Positions 1 through 10,705 of a DNA stretch of 64,000 nt are shown in pieces. The notes under the pieces were generated by a model. It saw nothing but the letters and a program-made list of their open reading frames with translations. It was not told the origin of the DNA and searched no databases. Position 1 is the first letter of the stretch; every line of letters starts with the position of its first letter. The position numbers and the translations under genes are program-made. The stretch is from assembly GCA_965261595.1 (NCBI GenBank), contig CBDHDG010000005.1:608001-672000 (forward strand), given 5' to 3'. The stretch is from a bacterium (lineage in GTDB: Bacteria; UBA8248; JACPRG01; G963555815).

Positions 1-2
1 CT

Positions 3-1424
3 TCGGCCCCTCACTTCGTCGAGCGCGTCCGGCGCGAGCTTCAGGAAATGTTCGGCAACCGGGACCTCTACCGCAAGGGCCTGCGGGTTTATACGACGCT
101 TGACCTGGGGCTTCAACGAAGGGCCCGCGACGCCGTGATCAAGGGTCTGGAGGCGGTGGACCGGCGCAGGAGTTTCCGGAAGCCGACCGGCGCGGCGTCG
201 CCCAAAGGAAAGGCCCCGTGGCCCGCTCCCGGAGCCCGGTTGATGGGCCGGGTGACCCGCAGGGACGGCAAGCGGATTTTCGGTCTCTTCGGCGGGCATC
301 CGGCGAGCTTTGTCCTGGTGGACGCGGGACCGTGGAAACACCTTTCCGCCGGGATCCCCCTCCTTGTGGAGGTCGAGTCGGCCGACATCGCCGCCCGGCG
401 CCTGACCGTGAAGCCGGTCGCCCCGGCCGAGGGTTCCCTGATCGCGCTGGACAACCGCACGGGCGCCGTTCGGGCGATGGTGGGCGGCCGGGATTTCGAG
501 AAGAGCCAGTTCAACCGGGCCATCCAGGCGTTGCGCCAGCCGGGGTCCTCCTTCAAGCCCTTCATCTACGCGGCGGCCCTGAAAAAAGGGTTCAAGCCCA
601 ACGACATCATCGTGGACGCGCCCGTTTCGTACTGGGACCCGTCCAGCAAGAAGATGTGGAAACCCACCAATTACGAGAAACGCTTCTTCGGCCGGGTGAC
701 CCTTCAACGCTCGCTGGAGCACTCGATCAATGTGGCGACGATCCGGCTCCTGGAAAAGGTGGGGACGCGGCGGGTCAGCGGGCTGGTGAAGCGGCTCGGC
801 ATCCTGAGCCCCATCGAGCCTTATCTTTCCATGGCGTTGGGGACGTCGGTGGTGAACCTGCTCGAGATGACCTCGGCCTACGCGACGATTGCCAACGGCG
901 GGCTTCGGACCGTCCCCTATACGATTCAACGGGTCGAGACGGCCGACGGCAGAAACCTGTTCGAGCGGGAGGCCCGCATCACCCGAGCCCTGGACCCCGA
1001 GACCGCCTATCTTATGGCCCACATGCTGCGCGGCGTCGTCGAGCGGGGCACGGGCCGCAAGGCCAAGGTCCTCGACCGCCCCCTCGCGGGGAAGACGGGC
1101 ACCACGGACGAGTTCAAAGACGCCTGGTTCATCGGATTCTCGCCCGGCCTCGCCTTGGGCATATGGGTGGGGTTGGACACCAACGAGTCCTTGGGCCGGG
1201 GAGAGACGGGGGCGCGGGCCGCGCTCCCCATTTGGGTCGAAACCATGGGGGTCTGGATCCGAAATCACCCCGACGAGAAGTTCCCCATTCCGCGCGACAT
1301 CCGGCTGGTCGAGGTGGACAGCCGGACCGGACTCCTGGCCGCGCCTCCCTGCAAGCGGTTCGCTATCCGGATTGCGCTGAAGAAGGGGACCGAGCCCTCC
1401 CGCAAATGTGGACGGCCGCGATGA
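3..1424 (+). CDS. mrcA: Penicillin-binding protein 1A family, 5'-truncated by window edge
   Basis: RQPGSSFKPF (SxxK), SIN (SxN) and KTG transpeptidase motifs; APHFVE..RRELQ upstream of the listed ATG. Confidence 0.9.
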   Translation, partial: SAPHFVERVRRELQEMFGNRDLYRKGLRVYTTLDLGLQRRARDAVIKGLEAVDRRRSFRKPTGAASPKGKAPWPAPGARLMGRVTRRDGKRIFGLFGGHPASFVLVDAGPWKHLSAGIPLLVEVESADIAARRLTVKPVAPAEGSLIALDNRTGAVRAMVGGRDFEKSQFNRAIQALRQPGSSFKPFIYAAALKKGFKPNDIIVDAPVSYWDPSSKKMWKPTNYEKRFFGRVTLQRSLEHSINVATIRLLEKVGTRRVSGLVKRLGILSPIEPYLSMALGTSVVNLLEMTSAYATIANGGLRTVPYTIQRVETADGRNLFEREARITRALDPETAYLMAHMLRGVVERGTGRKAKVLDRPLAGKTGTTDEFKDAWFIGFSPGLALGIWVGLDTNESLGRGETGARAALPIWVETMGVWIRNHPDEKFPIPRDIRLVEVDSRTGLLAAPPCKRFAIRIALKKGTEPSRKCGRPR

Positions 1425-1594
1425 GCGCTCATCGCCGGAAAACCTGTCGCGGCCCCGGATTGAGGCGGATCGAGGGGGTTTCGCCCGGATGAGGATGTGC
1501 GTGCGCCTTTGAGATCTAAATTGAAGATGTTATCTAACTAACTGATTTATTTGGTTTAACATAATATTTTCGCTTTCATTTCATAAAAAAATGC

Positions 1595-1623
1595 TTGTCA
1601 GTCCCCTCCGCTTGTGGTACTTA
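1595..1623 (+). promoter_or_regulatory. Possible sigma70 promoter in AT-rich intergenic region
   Basis: TTGTCA-17 nt-TACTTA preceded by TG and an AT-rich UP-like tract. Confidence 0.35.
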
Positions 1624-1704
1624 AAGGTAACAACCCATTGATCCAACGGAGCCTAGCATTCGCTCTTGATGGACAACTGACCCCCGGGGACACTGCCCGT
1701 GCGA

Positions 1705-2100
1705 ATGAATGGAAAACCCAAAATTCTCATATTGGACCAATCGGTAAAATCCCGCGAAGCCATTCAGGAAATTCTGCTTCAGGATGAGTATGATACGGAA
1801 ACGGCGGAATCCGCCGAGGAGGGACTGGATCTCATCGCGTCCCGTCAGTTCGACGTTTTGGTGACCGATCTGCCTTTGTCTTCCATGGGAAGGTCCGGCT
1901 GGCTTCACAATGGCCCCCCGGAAGCGGCCGAGCTGCCGGTTGTCGCGATCGTTAGCGCGCAGGACCGCGGCAACGAGCCCGATCCCCTGCCCGATCAGGT
2001 GAAGGTCGTGCTCAGCACCCCCCTCCGCAAGGGCGAGCTGCTGGCCGCCGTTCGCGAGGCGCTCTGCATCGGCCCGGAGCACAGCCTCTTTTCTTCCTGA
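1705..2100 (+). CDS. Stand-alone atypical response-regulator receiver domain protein
   Basis: KILILD...AESAEEGL...FDVLVTDL receiver pattern; conserved K-P replaced by T-P. Confidence 0.7.
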   Translation: MNGKPKILILDQSVKSREAIQEILLQDEYDTETAESAEEGLDLIASRQFDVLVTDLPLSSMGRSGWLHNGPPEAAELPVVAIVSAQDRGNEPDPLPDQVKVVLSTPLRKGELLAAVREALCIGPEHSLFSS

Positions 2101-2256
2101 CGCCGATCGGCCGGTCTCATCGCTTGGGTGGGACGCTGCCGGATGCATTGCCCCCACCGTCAAGCACCGCGCCCATCCCGGCCCTCCATTTTCACGGCAA
2201 CCGAATCGGAATGACCTGCCGGCCCATGGGGTTCGCTCGGGGAAGGGAGACCCGCA

Positions 2257-3444
2257 ATGGAAAAGGCTGTCATCGTTGAAGCGGTCCGCACCCCCATCGG
2301 GCGGGACCGGGGCGCCCTGAAGAATTTCAATGTTGACGTCCTGGCCTCCCTGGTCCTGGCGGAGGTGGTGAAGCGCGCGGATTTCGATCCCGCAGCCTTG
2401 GACGACGTAATCTTCGGCGTCTCCAATCAGGTCGCCACGGCCAAGAACATCGCCCGCGTCGCCCTGCTGCGCGCCGGGTATCCCGTTTCCATCCCGGGGA
2501 CGACGGTGACGCGTCTTTGCGGCTCCGGCCTCCAGGCCATCAACTTCGCCGCCATGGCCATCGAGACCGGCCAGGCGGAGGTTGTCGTCGCGGGCGGGGC
2601 CGAGAGCATGACCCGCACCCCCTTCATCCTCGAAAAGATCCCGTCGCCTTACGCCCGGGGAGACCGGACGTTGATCGATGCCTTCTCCGGAACACTCTCC
2701 GCGCCCGACGGCATGCACGTCCCCAACAGCGTCACCGCCGAGAACGTGGCCGGCCGCTACGGCGTCTCCCGGGAGGACCAGGACCGGTTCGCCTACCATT
2801 CCCACATGCGGGCCAAGGCCGCCATCGAGGAAGGGCGCTTCAAGGAGGAGATCGTTCCCGTTGAAGTCCCCGCGGGGAAAAAGGGAGGGGACTTGGTCCT
2901 GTTCGATACGGATGAGCACGTCCGCTACGACACCACCTTGGAGAAGCTTGCGTCGCTGCGCCCCGCCTTTCAGGAGGGCGGCACCGTGACGGCCGGGAAT
3001 TGTTCGGGGATCAACGACGGCGCGGCGGCGGTCCTGATGATGAGCGCGGACCGGGCCGAGGCCGAGGGTTACACCCCCCTGGGACGGATCCGGGGAACCG
3101 GCGTGGCCGGCACCGAGCCGGATGTGATGGGCATCGGCCCCATCCACTCCACCCCGAAGGCCCTGCGGACGGCGGGCGCCGAGATGGGCGACATCGGTCT
3201 GGTCGAGCTGAACGAGGCCTTCGCCTCGCAGGCCCTGGCGTGCGCACAGGTTCTGGAGATCGACCTGGACCGGATGAACGTCAACGGCGGGGCCATCGGC
3301 CTCGGCCATCCCCTCGGGTGCACCGGCGCGCGGATGATGACCACCCTCCTCTACGAAATGAAGCGCCGGGGCGAGAACCTGGGCTTGGTGACCATGTGCA
3401 TCGGGGGCGGCCAGGGGATCTCCACGGTCGTCGAGCGGACCTGA
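2257..3444 (+). CDS. Acetyl-CoA C-acyltransferase (thiolase)
   Basis: RLCGSGL, NEAF, GHPLGCTG, MCIGGGQG thiolase motifs. Confidence 0.95.
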   Translation: MEKAVIVEAVRTPIGRDRGALKNFNVDVLASLVLAEVVKRADFDPAALDDVIFGVSNQVATAKNIARVALLRAGYPVSIPGTTVTRLCGSGLQAINFAAMAIETGQAEVVVAGGAESMTRTPFILEKIPSPYARGDRTLIDAFSGTLSAPDGMHVPNSVTAENVAGRYGVSREDQDRFAYHSHMRAKAAIEEGRFKEEIVPVEVPAGKKGGDLVLFDTDEHVRYDTTLEKLASLRPAFQEGGTVTAGNCSGINDGAAAVLMMSADRAEAEGYTPLGRIRGTGVAGTEPDVMGIGPIHSTPKALRTAGAEMGDIGLVELNEAFASQALACAQVLEIDLDRMNVNGGAIGLGHPLGCTGARMMTTLLYEMKRRGENLGLVTMCIGGGQGISTVVERT

Positions 3445-3607
3445 TCCCCGGATTTTGCCGGGACCGGCTTTCGGTCGGGCGCGCGGCTCCGCCGTCCGTC
3501 CGGTTTCGGCTTGAAACCCCGCCCGCTCCGGCGTAACATGACCTTTGCCTGAAGACCCAGCTCCCCCCCCCTGCCAATCCGTCACATCGTTTTCGGAGTC
3601 CCAAGCC

Positions 3608-4168
3608 ATGGATTGGTCCCTGTTCAAGAGCATTCTCGAGGCCGTCGTGATTCTGGTCGTTCTGCCGGGCGCCGCGGTTCACCTGTTCCGGACGCAGCGA
3701 AGCCGTCTGGAGGCGCAGCGGCGCCTTCTCGAAGAAAAGGACGCCGCCCTGCGCGCGGCGGCGGGCGAGCTCGCGGCGATGAAGGACAAATTCCGCGCCT
3801 TCTCCGATGAAGTCGCCGCGCGGAACAAGCGGGCGTGGGTCCGGCTCCTCGATGAGGAGTCCGCAACCGTCCAAGCCGCTCAACAAAAATGCGGCCAGGT
3901 CCTTCAGGAGCGATTCGAAGGATTCACCGGCAAGCTGGACGCGGTCCAGCGCGAGTTGGACGGGTTTCAGAATTCCCTGTTGGAGACCTTTGGGGGTTTT
4001 TACGATCAGCGCAAGAAAAACCTGGAGGGGAAGGAGATCCTCCCGTTCGACGTGTCCGAGTGGACGGCCGACATGGAGACCGAATACAGGGAAGGGACAA
4101 CCGGCGAAGTGATCCCCTTTCCCGGCAAACGATCGACCCGTCCGGACGGAGGCGCCGACAAAGACTGA
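3608..4168 (+). CDS. Hypothetical membrane-anchored coiled-coil protein
   Basis: GGAG RBS, N-terminal TM helix, long coiled coil, C-terminal VIPFP. Confidence 0.65.
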   Translation: MDWSLFKSILEAVVILVVLPGAAVHLFRTQRSRLEAQRRLLEEKDAALRAAAGELAAMKDKFRAFSDEVAARNKRAWVRLLDEESATVQAAQQKCGQVLQERFEGFTGKLDAVQRELDGFQNSLLETFGGFYDQRKKNLEGKEILPFDVSEWTADMETEYREGTTGEVIPFPGKRSTRPDGGADKD

Positions 4169-4371
4169 GCGCCCCTTCCCGCACCGCCCGGCGGGGTGAA
4201 GGGCCGGGCGGTCCGGAGGCGGCCCTGAGCGGACCTCGTCTTGTCCCATTCCCCGGCGTCCCGGGAATCCGGCCGGGGGATGTCCGGGACCTTCCCTTCC
4301 GTGACATGGACAACCCTTTGATTGACTGGTAGTTTCGCCTGGAGCGGCATTTCCGCGAAGGGGTGTTGGGT

Positions 4372-5331
4372 ATGGTGTTGGAGCGCGCGAGGAAGGTGTT
4401 CGAGACGGAGGCCCGGGCCATCACGGACCTGATCCCCCGGCTCGGGGAGGATTTCATCCGCGCTGTCGATCTCGTCCTGGCGTGCCGGGGCCGCATCGTG
4501 GTGAGCGGGATGGGAAAGTCCGGCATCATCGGGCGGAAGCTCGTCTCGAGCCTGGCCAGCATCGGGGTTCCGTCCTTGTTCCTTCACCCGGCCGAAGGGG
4601 CCCACGGGGACGCGGGGATGATGACGCGGGGCGATGTTGTCATCGCCCTGTCCAAAAGCGGCGAGACCGAGGAGCTCTTGAACCTCCTGTCCGCCGTCCG
4701 ACGGCTGGGCATCCCCCTCGTCAGCCTGACGGGGAACGTCCGCTCCTCCATCGCGCGCTGGAGCGAAGTCGTCCTGGACGTGGGCGTGGCCGAGGAGGCC
4801 TGCCCGCTGGATCTGGTTCCGACCTCCAGCACGGCGGCGGCGATGGCGATGGGCGACGCCCTGGTCATGGCCCTGCTGGAAAAGAAGGGCCTCCGCCCCG
4901 AGGATTTCGCCGTCTACCACCCCGGCGGCAGTCTGGGCAAGCGGCTCCTCCTCCAGGTGAAGGACCTGTCGCACGCGGGGGAGGAAATCCCCGCCGTGAA
5001 GCTGGACGCGCCGTTCAAGGACGTGATCTACGAGATCTCCTCCAAGCGGCTTGGGGTCACCACCGTGGCGGATGAAGCGGGACGCCTCGCCGGGATCGTT
5101 ACGGACGGCGACGTGCGCCGCGCCGTCGAGCGGCACGAAGACGTCTTGCTGACGCGGGCGGAGGACATCATGACCCGCGACCCCAAGGTCATCGACGAGA
5201 ACGTCCTGGCGGCCGAGGCCCTGCGTTTGATGGAGACGCACACCATCACCTCGGTCCTGACGACCGACGGCGACGGCCGGACCACCGGGATCATCCATCT
5301 GCACGACATTCTGAAGGCCGGGATACTCTGA
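4372..5331 (+). CDS. kdsD: Arabinose-5-phosphate isomerase (KpsF/GutQ, SIS + CBS)
   Basis: GMGKSG, HPAEGAHGDAG, PTSST, HPGGSLGK, two CBS domains. Confidence 0.93.
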   Translation: MVLERARKVFETEARAITDLIPRLGEDFIRAVDLVLACRGRIVVSGMGKSGIIGRKLVSSLASIGVPSLFLHPAEGAHGDAGMMTRGDVVIALSKSGETEELLNLLSAVRRLGIPLVSLTGNVRSSIARWSEVVLDVGVAEEACPLDLVPTSSTAAAMAMGDALVMALLEKKGLRPEDFAVYHPGGSLGKRLLLQVKDLSHAGEEIPAVKLDAPFKDVIYEISSKRLGVTTVADEAGRLAGIVTDGDVRRAVERHEDVLLTRAEDIMTRDPKVIDENVLAAEALRLMETHTITSVLTTDGDGRTTGIIHLHDILKAGIL

Positions 5332-5332
5332 C

Positions 5333-5863
5333 ATGGCGATTCCTCCCCAGGAAGCGGCACGCAAGATCAGACTCCTCATCCTCGACGTGGACGGGGTTCA
5401 GACGGATCGGGGCATTTACGTCTCCTCGGACGGCGCGTCGATGCGCCGGTACGACATCCGCGACGGCACCGGCGTCACCGTCGCCCTCGACGCCGGGCTC
5501 CATGTCGCCTTCATCAGCGGAAAGGGATCGCCCTCCATCCGCGCTCGCGCCGAGGAGCTGGGGGTGGAAGACGTTTACGAAAATATGCGAGACAAGACCC
5601 CGGCTTACGAGGAGCTCAAGGCCAAGCACGGTCTGGCCGATGAGGAGATCGCCTACGTGGCGGACGATGTGATCGACCTGCCCGTGATGCGGCGCGTCGG
5701 ACTGCCCGTCGCCGTGGCGGACGCGGCGGTGGAGGTCCTGGCCGCCGCGACCCGCGTGACGATCCGCCCGGGCGGACACGGCGCCGTCCGGGAGACCGTC
5801 GAGTTCATCCTGCACGCTCAGGGGAAGTGGAACGAGACCTTGAAGTCGCGCTTCGGGCTGTAG
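5333..5863 (+). CDS. kdsC: KDO-8-phosphate phosphatase (HAD)
   Basis: LDVDGVQTD, DDVIDLP, GGHGAVRE; adjacent to kdsD. Confidence 0.9.
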   Translation: MAIPPQEAARKIRLLILDVDGVQTDRGIYVSSDGASMRRYDIRDGTGVTVALDAGLHVAFISGKGSPSIRARAEELGVEDVYENMRDKTPAYEELKAKHGLADEEIAYVADDVIDLPVMRRVGLPVAVADAAVEVLAAATRVTIRPGGHGAVRETVEFILHAQGKWNETLKSRFGL

Positions 5864-5946
5864 GGAGCGCTTCGCGGGCGCCGTCGCCGGACGGGATGGA
5901 CCTCATCGGTTGCGCGCCCTTGGACGGTGGTTGAAGGACGGCAGGC

Positions 5947-7662
5947 ATGGGACCGACGAAGAAGGCCAAGACGGACCTGGAAGCCGCGCGCCGGGATTGG
6001 GAGGACCAAGTCCTCCGCGAGACCCTGGAGCGGCGCCCGGAGCGGCGCGAGGCGTTCCGGACGGAATCGGATATCCCCGTCGAGCGTCTGTACACCCCCG
6101 AGAGCGTTCCCGACCCGGACTACGTGGAGGAATCGGGGTTCCCCGGCCGGCCGCCCTTCACGCGCGGCATCCATCCGACGATGTACCGCGGCCGCCACTG
6201 GACGATGCGTCAGTACGCCGGCTACGCCACGGCGGAGGAGTCCAACCGCCGCTACAAGTACCTGCTCGATCAGGGGGGCGCGGGGCTGAGCGTCGCCTTC
6301 GACCTCCCCACGCAGATCGGCTACGACTCCGACCACCCCATGGCCGAGGGCGAGGTCGGGCGGGTCGGCGTGGCCATCGACAGCCTCCGGGACATGGAGA
6401 CGCTGTTCGACGGAATCCCCCTGGACCGCGTCAGCACGTCCATGACGATCAACGCCACGGCCGCTGTCCTGATGGCCCTCTACGTCGCCGTGGCCGAGAA
6501 GCAGGGCGTCCCGCCCGCCAATCTCCGGGGCACGGTCCAGAACGACATCCTCAAGGAATACATCGCCCGGGGGACGTACATCTATCCGCCCGAGCCTTCC
6601 CTGCGGATCATCACGGACATGTTCGCCTTTTGCGGCGAGCGCCTCGCCCGGTGGAGCCCCATCAGCGTCAGCGGCTACCACATGCGCGAGGCCGGATGCA
6701 CGGCGGTCCAGGAGGTGGCCTTCACCCTGGCCGACGGGATCGTCTACTTGGAAGCGGCCCAGCGGGCCGGACAGGACGCGGAGGACCTGGGAAGCCGTAT
6801 CTCGTTCTTCTTCGCCGCCCACAACGACCTGCTGGAGGAGGTGGCCAAGTTCCGGGCGGCCCGGCGTCTCTGGGCGCGGATCATGGAGGACCGCTTCGGC
6901 GTGAAATCCGATCGCGCGCGCATGCTCCGGTTCCACACCCAGACGGCCGGCGTGACGCTCACGGCCCAACAGCCGCTCAATAACGTGGTCCGCGTAACGG
7001 TCCAGGCCCTGGCGGCGGTCCTGGGCGGGACGCAGTCCCTTCACACCAACTCCTTCGACGAGGCCTTGGGCCTGCCCACGGAAGAGGCCGTCCGCCTGGC
7101 CCTGCGCACCCAGCAGGTTCTCGCCCACGAATCGGGCGTCACGGAGACGGTGGACCCGCTGGGCGGAAGCTACGCGGTCGAGTCCCTCACCCGAGAGATC
7201 GAGACCCGCGCCCGGGACTACATCGCCCGCATCGACGGGATGGGCGGGATGCTCCGGGCCATCGAGCGGGGTTGGGTCCAGCGGGAGATCCACGAGTCGG
7301 CCTACCTTCACCAGCGGGCGGTCGAGCGGGAGGAAAGCGTCGTTGTCGGCGTCAACGCCTATACGCAAGAGGCCGGGGACGTCGGGGGGGGGGAGGGGGG
7401 AGAGAACGGCGGGTCCGCGAACCGCCTCCGGATCGACCCGGCCATCGAGTCGGCCCAAAAGGAAAGACTCGCCTCCCTCCGAAAAGACCGGGACAACGCC
7501 CGGGTCGGGAAATCCCTCTCCGCCGTCGAGGAAACGGCGCGGGAAAGCGCCAACCTGATGCCCCCCATCCTGGACGCGGTCCGGGCGTACGCGACGGTCG
7601 GCGAGATCGCCGACGCCCTGCGCAATGTCTTCGGCGAGCATGAGGAGGTTACCAGCCTTTGA
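5947..7662 (+). CDS. Methylmalonyl-CoA mutase, substrate-binding large subunit (B12-binding subunit not in window)
   Basis: RQYAGY (Tyr specificity residue), [14 protein letters not shown] (Arg), [14 protein letters not shown]. Confidence 0.9.
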   Translation: MGPTKKAKTDLEAARRDWEDQVLRETLERRPERREAFRTESDIPVERLYTPESVPDPDYVEESGFPGRPPFTRGIHPTMYRGRHWTMRQYAGYATAEESNRRYKYLLDQGGAGLSVAFDLPTQIGYDSDHPMAEGEVGRVGVAIDSLRDMETLFDGIPLDRVSTSMTINATAAVLMALYVAVAEKQGVPPANLRGTVQNDILKEYIARGTYIYPPEPSLRIITDMFAFCGERLARWSPISVSGYHMREAGCTAVQEVAFTLADGIVYLEAAQRAGQDAEDLGSRISFFFAAHNDLLEEVAKFRAARRLWARIMEDRFGVKSDRARMLRFHTQTAGVTLTAQQPLNNVVRVTVQALAAVLGGTQSLHTNSFDEALGLPTEEAVRLALRTQQVLAHESGVTETVDPLGGSYAVESLTREIETRARDYIARIDGMGGMLRAIERGWVQREIHESAYLHQRAVEREESVVVGVNAYTQEAGDVGGGEGGENGGSANRLRIDPAIESAQKERLASLRKDRDNARVGKSLSAVEETARESANLMPPILDAVRAYATVGEIADALRNVFGEHEEVTSL

Positions 7663-7669
7663 AGATCCC

Positions 7670-7712
7670 GGGGGGGGACATTTTGAAAACTGTCCCCCCC
7701 CTCGAAAACTTT
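7670..7712 (+). repeat. REP-like palindrome family A (GGGGGACA-TTTTGAAAAC-TGTCCCCC), copy 1
   Basis: Same core at 13957 and, reversed, at 16791. Confidence 0.85.
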
Positions 7713-7718
7713 CATTGC

Positions 7719-7756
7719 GCGAAAAGGGGCGGCCCTTCAGGGCCGCCCCTTTTCGC
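7719..7756. terminator. Perfect 17-bp hairpin, probable terminator
   Basis: GCGAAAAGGGGCGGCCC-TTCA-GGGCCGCCCCTTTTCGC downstream of the mutase. Confidence 0.75.
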
Positions 7757-7805
7757 AACTGATAGGCTTTCAGCGTCTGCCGTTTCGCCGCGTTAAAGGA
7801 CATGT

Positions 7806-7915
7806 AAAGGGGTCAAGTCTTTTTTTGATAGAAATGAGAAATGAGACCCAATTATCTTCATCCGCGTCTTGAATCTTCAAAAGGAAAATTAGTCAACAAA
7901 AGATTTGACCCCTTT
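7806..7915. mobile_element. MITE/REPIN-like element with ~23-bp terminal inverted repeats, copy 1
   Basis: AAAGGGGTCAAGTCTTTTTTTGA...TCAACAAAAGATTTGACCCCTTT; similar copy at 10603. Confidence 0.75.
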
Positions 7916-8093
7916 CTCTTCCCCAGGGGTTGGAGAAGTTCTAAAATGTGGCTCTTGGCTCTCATATATCTTGAACCCATGCATTCCCGTGAGAACGTGA
8001 ATGTGAGATTCCCGGAAAAGTCTTCAGAGAGGGTCTCCGGCCCTTTCGGGTCCGGTCTCGAACGGGCTGGAGGCCGGATGCTTTGGAGGTGCG

Positions 8094-9473
8094 ATGCCCT
8101 TCGATGACCCAAAGGATTTTTTGGCCTGTCTGGAGGCCGAAGGCGACCTGGTTCGGGTGACGTCCCCGGTGGATGTCCTGTACGAGATCTCCGCCTACAT
8201 CCGCAAGACGTCCGACGAGCAGGGCCCGGCGGTGCTTTTCGAGCGAGTCAAAGGGTTCGACATGCCGGTCGTCGGGGGGCTGTTCGCCGCGCGCCGCCGG
8301 GTCCTTCGGGCGCTGGAATATGCGCCCGGGGAGGCTCTTGAACGGTTCTATGAAGGAATCCGCTCCCCGATTGACCCGGTGGTGGTGGACGCGGGTCCTT
8401 GCCAGGAGGTTGTCTTTGAGGGAGACGAGGTCGATCTAACCCGGCTGCCGATCCCGAAGTATTCCCTTGAGGACGGCGGGGTCTTCATCACCCACGGCGT
8501 CCAGATCTCCAAGGACACCGAGACCGGGGGCAAGAACGCCGGGATCTACCGGATGCAGCTTAAGGGTCCTGACCGCCTGGGCATGTGGGTCGGAAAACAT
8601 CAGGATGGTTGCCTCCAAATCCTCAAAGCCGAGCGGAGGGGGGAGGCGCTGGAAGTGGCCGTTGCCCTGGGCGTGGACCCGGTCATCATGCTGGCCACGC
8701 AGGTCAAGGCGGATTACGGCGTCGATGAGCTGACCCTGGCGGGCGGGCTTCGGGGCAAGCCCGTCGAGGTTGTGCGATGCAGGACGGTGGACCTGGAGGT
8801 CCCGGCCACCAGCGAGATCGTCATCGAGGGGCGGGTGATCCCCAATTACCGGGAGGCGGAGGGCCCCTTCGGTGAGTTCTCCGGGTACTACGGCCCGGAA
8901 TCCGAGATGCCTGTTGTGGAAGTGACCGCCATCACCCACCGGAGTTCTCCCATTTTCCACGCGGGGCTCACCGGCCCGCCGATGACCGAGAACCACTTCC
9001 TCAAGCAGCTGCCCAACGAGGTCACGCTCTACCGGGAGCTGAGCGCCAAGTTTCCGGAGGTGAAGACCGTCACCTTTCCGGCCTCCGGTTGCTGCGAGTA
9101 TTCCTGCTATATCTCCATGACGCCGCGCTACAAGGGGCAGCCCCGGAACGTCATCCTGGCGGCCCTGGGCAGTGCCAGGCGGCCCAAGCTGGTGGTGGTG
9201 GTGGACGAGGACATCGACATCCACGATGACGTCAAGGTGCTCTGGGCCGCCACCACGCGGGTTCAGGCGGACCGGGATGTGGTCATCGTGCCCGGTATGG
9301 GGTCCGGCCCCCTGGATCCGTCAGCGTCTGAGGAGGCTTACTCCGCCGTGATGGGGATCGACGCCACCCGTCCCTTCGGGCAGCCTTTTCCCCAGGTCCC
9401 CGTGGTGCCGGGGGTGGAAAGGGTCCCTGACCTCTCGACGCTCATCCGGAAGCCGGGGGGCGTGACAGTCTGA
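8094..9473 (+). CDS. UbiD-family (prFMN-dependent) decarboxylase
   Basis: NAGIYRMQ, EIVIEG, EGPFGEFSGYY, VVVDEDID, LDPS, MGIDAT. Confidence 0.92.
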   Translation: MPFDDPKDFLACLEAEGDLVRVTSPVDVLYEISAYIRKTSDEQGPAVLFERVKGFDMPVVGGLFAARRRVLRALEYAPGEALERFYEGIRSPIDPVVVDAGPCQEVVFEGDEVDLTRLPIPKYSLEDGGVFITHGVQISKDTETGGKNAGIYRMQLKGPDRLGMWVGKHQDGCLQILKAERRGEALEVAVALGVDPVIMLATQVKADYGVDELTLAGGLRGKPVEVVRCRTVDLEVPATSEIVIEGRVIPNYREAEGPFGEFSGYYGPESEMPVVEVTAITHRSSPIFHAGLTGPPMTENHFLKQLPNEVTLYRELSAKFPEVKTVTFPASGCCEYSCYISMTPRYKGQPRNVILAALGSARRPKLVVVVDEDIDIHDDVKVLWAATTRVQADRDVVIVPGMGSGPLDPSASEEAYSAVMGIDATRPFGQPFPQVPVVPGVERVPDLSTLIRKPGGVTV

Positions 9474-9625
9474 TGCCCCTTTTCGCAATCAAAAAAAGAA
9501 TGCGAAAGGAATGGGGTCAGGTCGTACATCCCAACATCCGGGATATAGCAAGATAGGGCCAAGTCTTGAGATCTAAGCTTCACGATTGAATCCGGTTCCA
9601 CGAAGGGTAGAGTCCCATGATGACC

Positions 9626-10594
9626 ATGAAAGCCGCTGTCATTCGTGAGCCGGGCGCACCTGAGGTGCTGGCGATCGAAGATCTCCCCGTTCCGCATCCG
9701 GCGCCCGGGTAGGTCCTCATCCATGTGAAGGCGTTTGGCCTGAATCGCTCCGAGCTCTTCACCCGACAAGGACACTCGCCCGGGGTCGAGTTTCCCCGCG
9801 TACTCGGTATCGAGGCGGTCGGGACTGTTGAGGAGGCGCCGGGCGGCGAGTTCGAGCCGGGGCAAACCGTAGCAACCGCCAAGGGCGGCATGGGCCGGGC
9901 GTTCGATGGCGGCTACGCCGAGTACACCTGTGTGCCCGCGGGCCAAGTGCAGGCCATTCACACAACGCTGGATTGGCAAACCTTCGGTGCTCTGCCCGAG
10001 ATGATCCAAACCGCGTGGGGATCGCTCAACAGCTCGCTGAAGCTTGAGCGCGGGCAATCATTGCTGATTCGGGGCGGGACCACCTCGGTGGGCCTGGCGG
10101 CCGCGGTGCTTGCCAAAAAGCAAGGCGTCACGGTCGCCGCCACCACACGAAAAGCCGATCGCGAAGCCATGCTGAAAGACAACGGCGCGGACCACGCATT
10201 TATCGACAGCGGCGAGATCGCGGGCGACGTCCGTCGGGTGTTTCCCGAAGGCGTCGACAAAGTGCTGGAACTGGTCGGGACCACCACGTTACTCGACTCA
10301 CTGCAGTGCGCCGCGCGCTTCGGTTCGGTGTGCATGACCGGCATGGTCGGCGACGCCTCGGAGTTTGATCGGTTCAGTCCGTGGGATGCGATACCGTCCA
10401 CGGTCCATCTCACCACTTACTCTGGTGGTTCGACCGATTCCATCGAAACGCCGCTTCAGATGGTGGTGAACGAAGTAGAGGGGGGACGTATGACGCCCAA
10501 GATCGGGCGTGTGTTTCAACTGGATGGGATCGTTGACGCGCACCGCTGCATGGAAGACAACGCAGCCGGCGGCAAGATCGTCGTCCTCACCTGA
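9626..10594 (+). pseudogene. MDR-family quinone oxidoreductase / zinc-binding dehydrogenase with in-frame TAG at 9710-9712
   Basis: [42 protein letters not shown] is in frame with ORF 9725..10594; RGGTTSVG nucleotide-binding loop. Confidence 0.8.
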
Positions 10595-10602
10595 AAGACC
10601 TG

Positions 10603-10705
10603 AAAGGGGTCAAGTCTTTTTTTGATGGAAATGAGACCCAATGACTTTCATCCGCGTCTTGAATCTTCAAAAGAAGAATGAGTCAACAAAAGATTCGACC
10701 CTTTT
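10603..10705. mobile_element. MITE/REPIN-like element, copy 2
   Basis: Same termini and interior (TTCATCCGCGTCTTGAATCTTCAAAAG) as 7806..7915, same orientation. Confidence 0.75.

Noticed and set aside
7384..7401. G-run inside the mutase gene (also 18266-18282 and 44775-44790) as a phase-variation tract or G-quadruplex
   Set aside because: The reading frame is intact and encodes a Gly-rich loop; such runs are expected in GC-rich DNA
5947..7662. Isobutyryl-, 2-hydroxyisobutyryl- or pivalyl-CoA mutase
   Set aside because: Specificity residues are Tyr (RQYAG) and Arg (YIARGTY), diagnostic of methylmalonyl-CoA mutase
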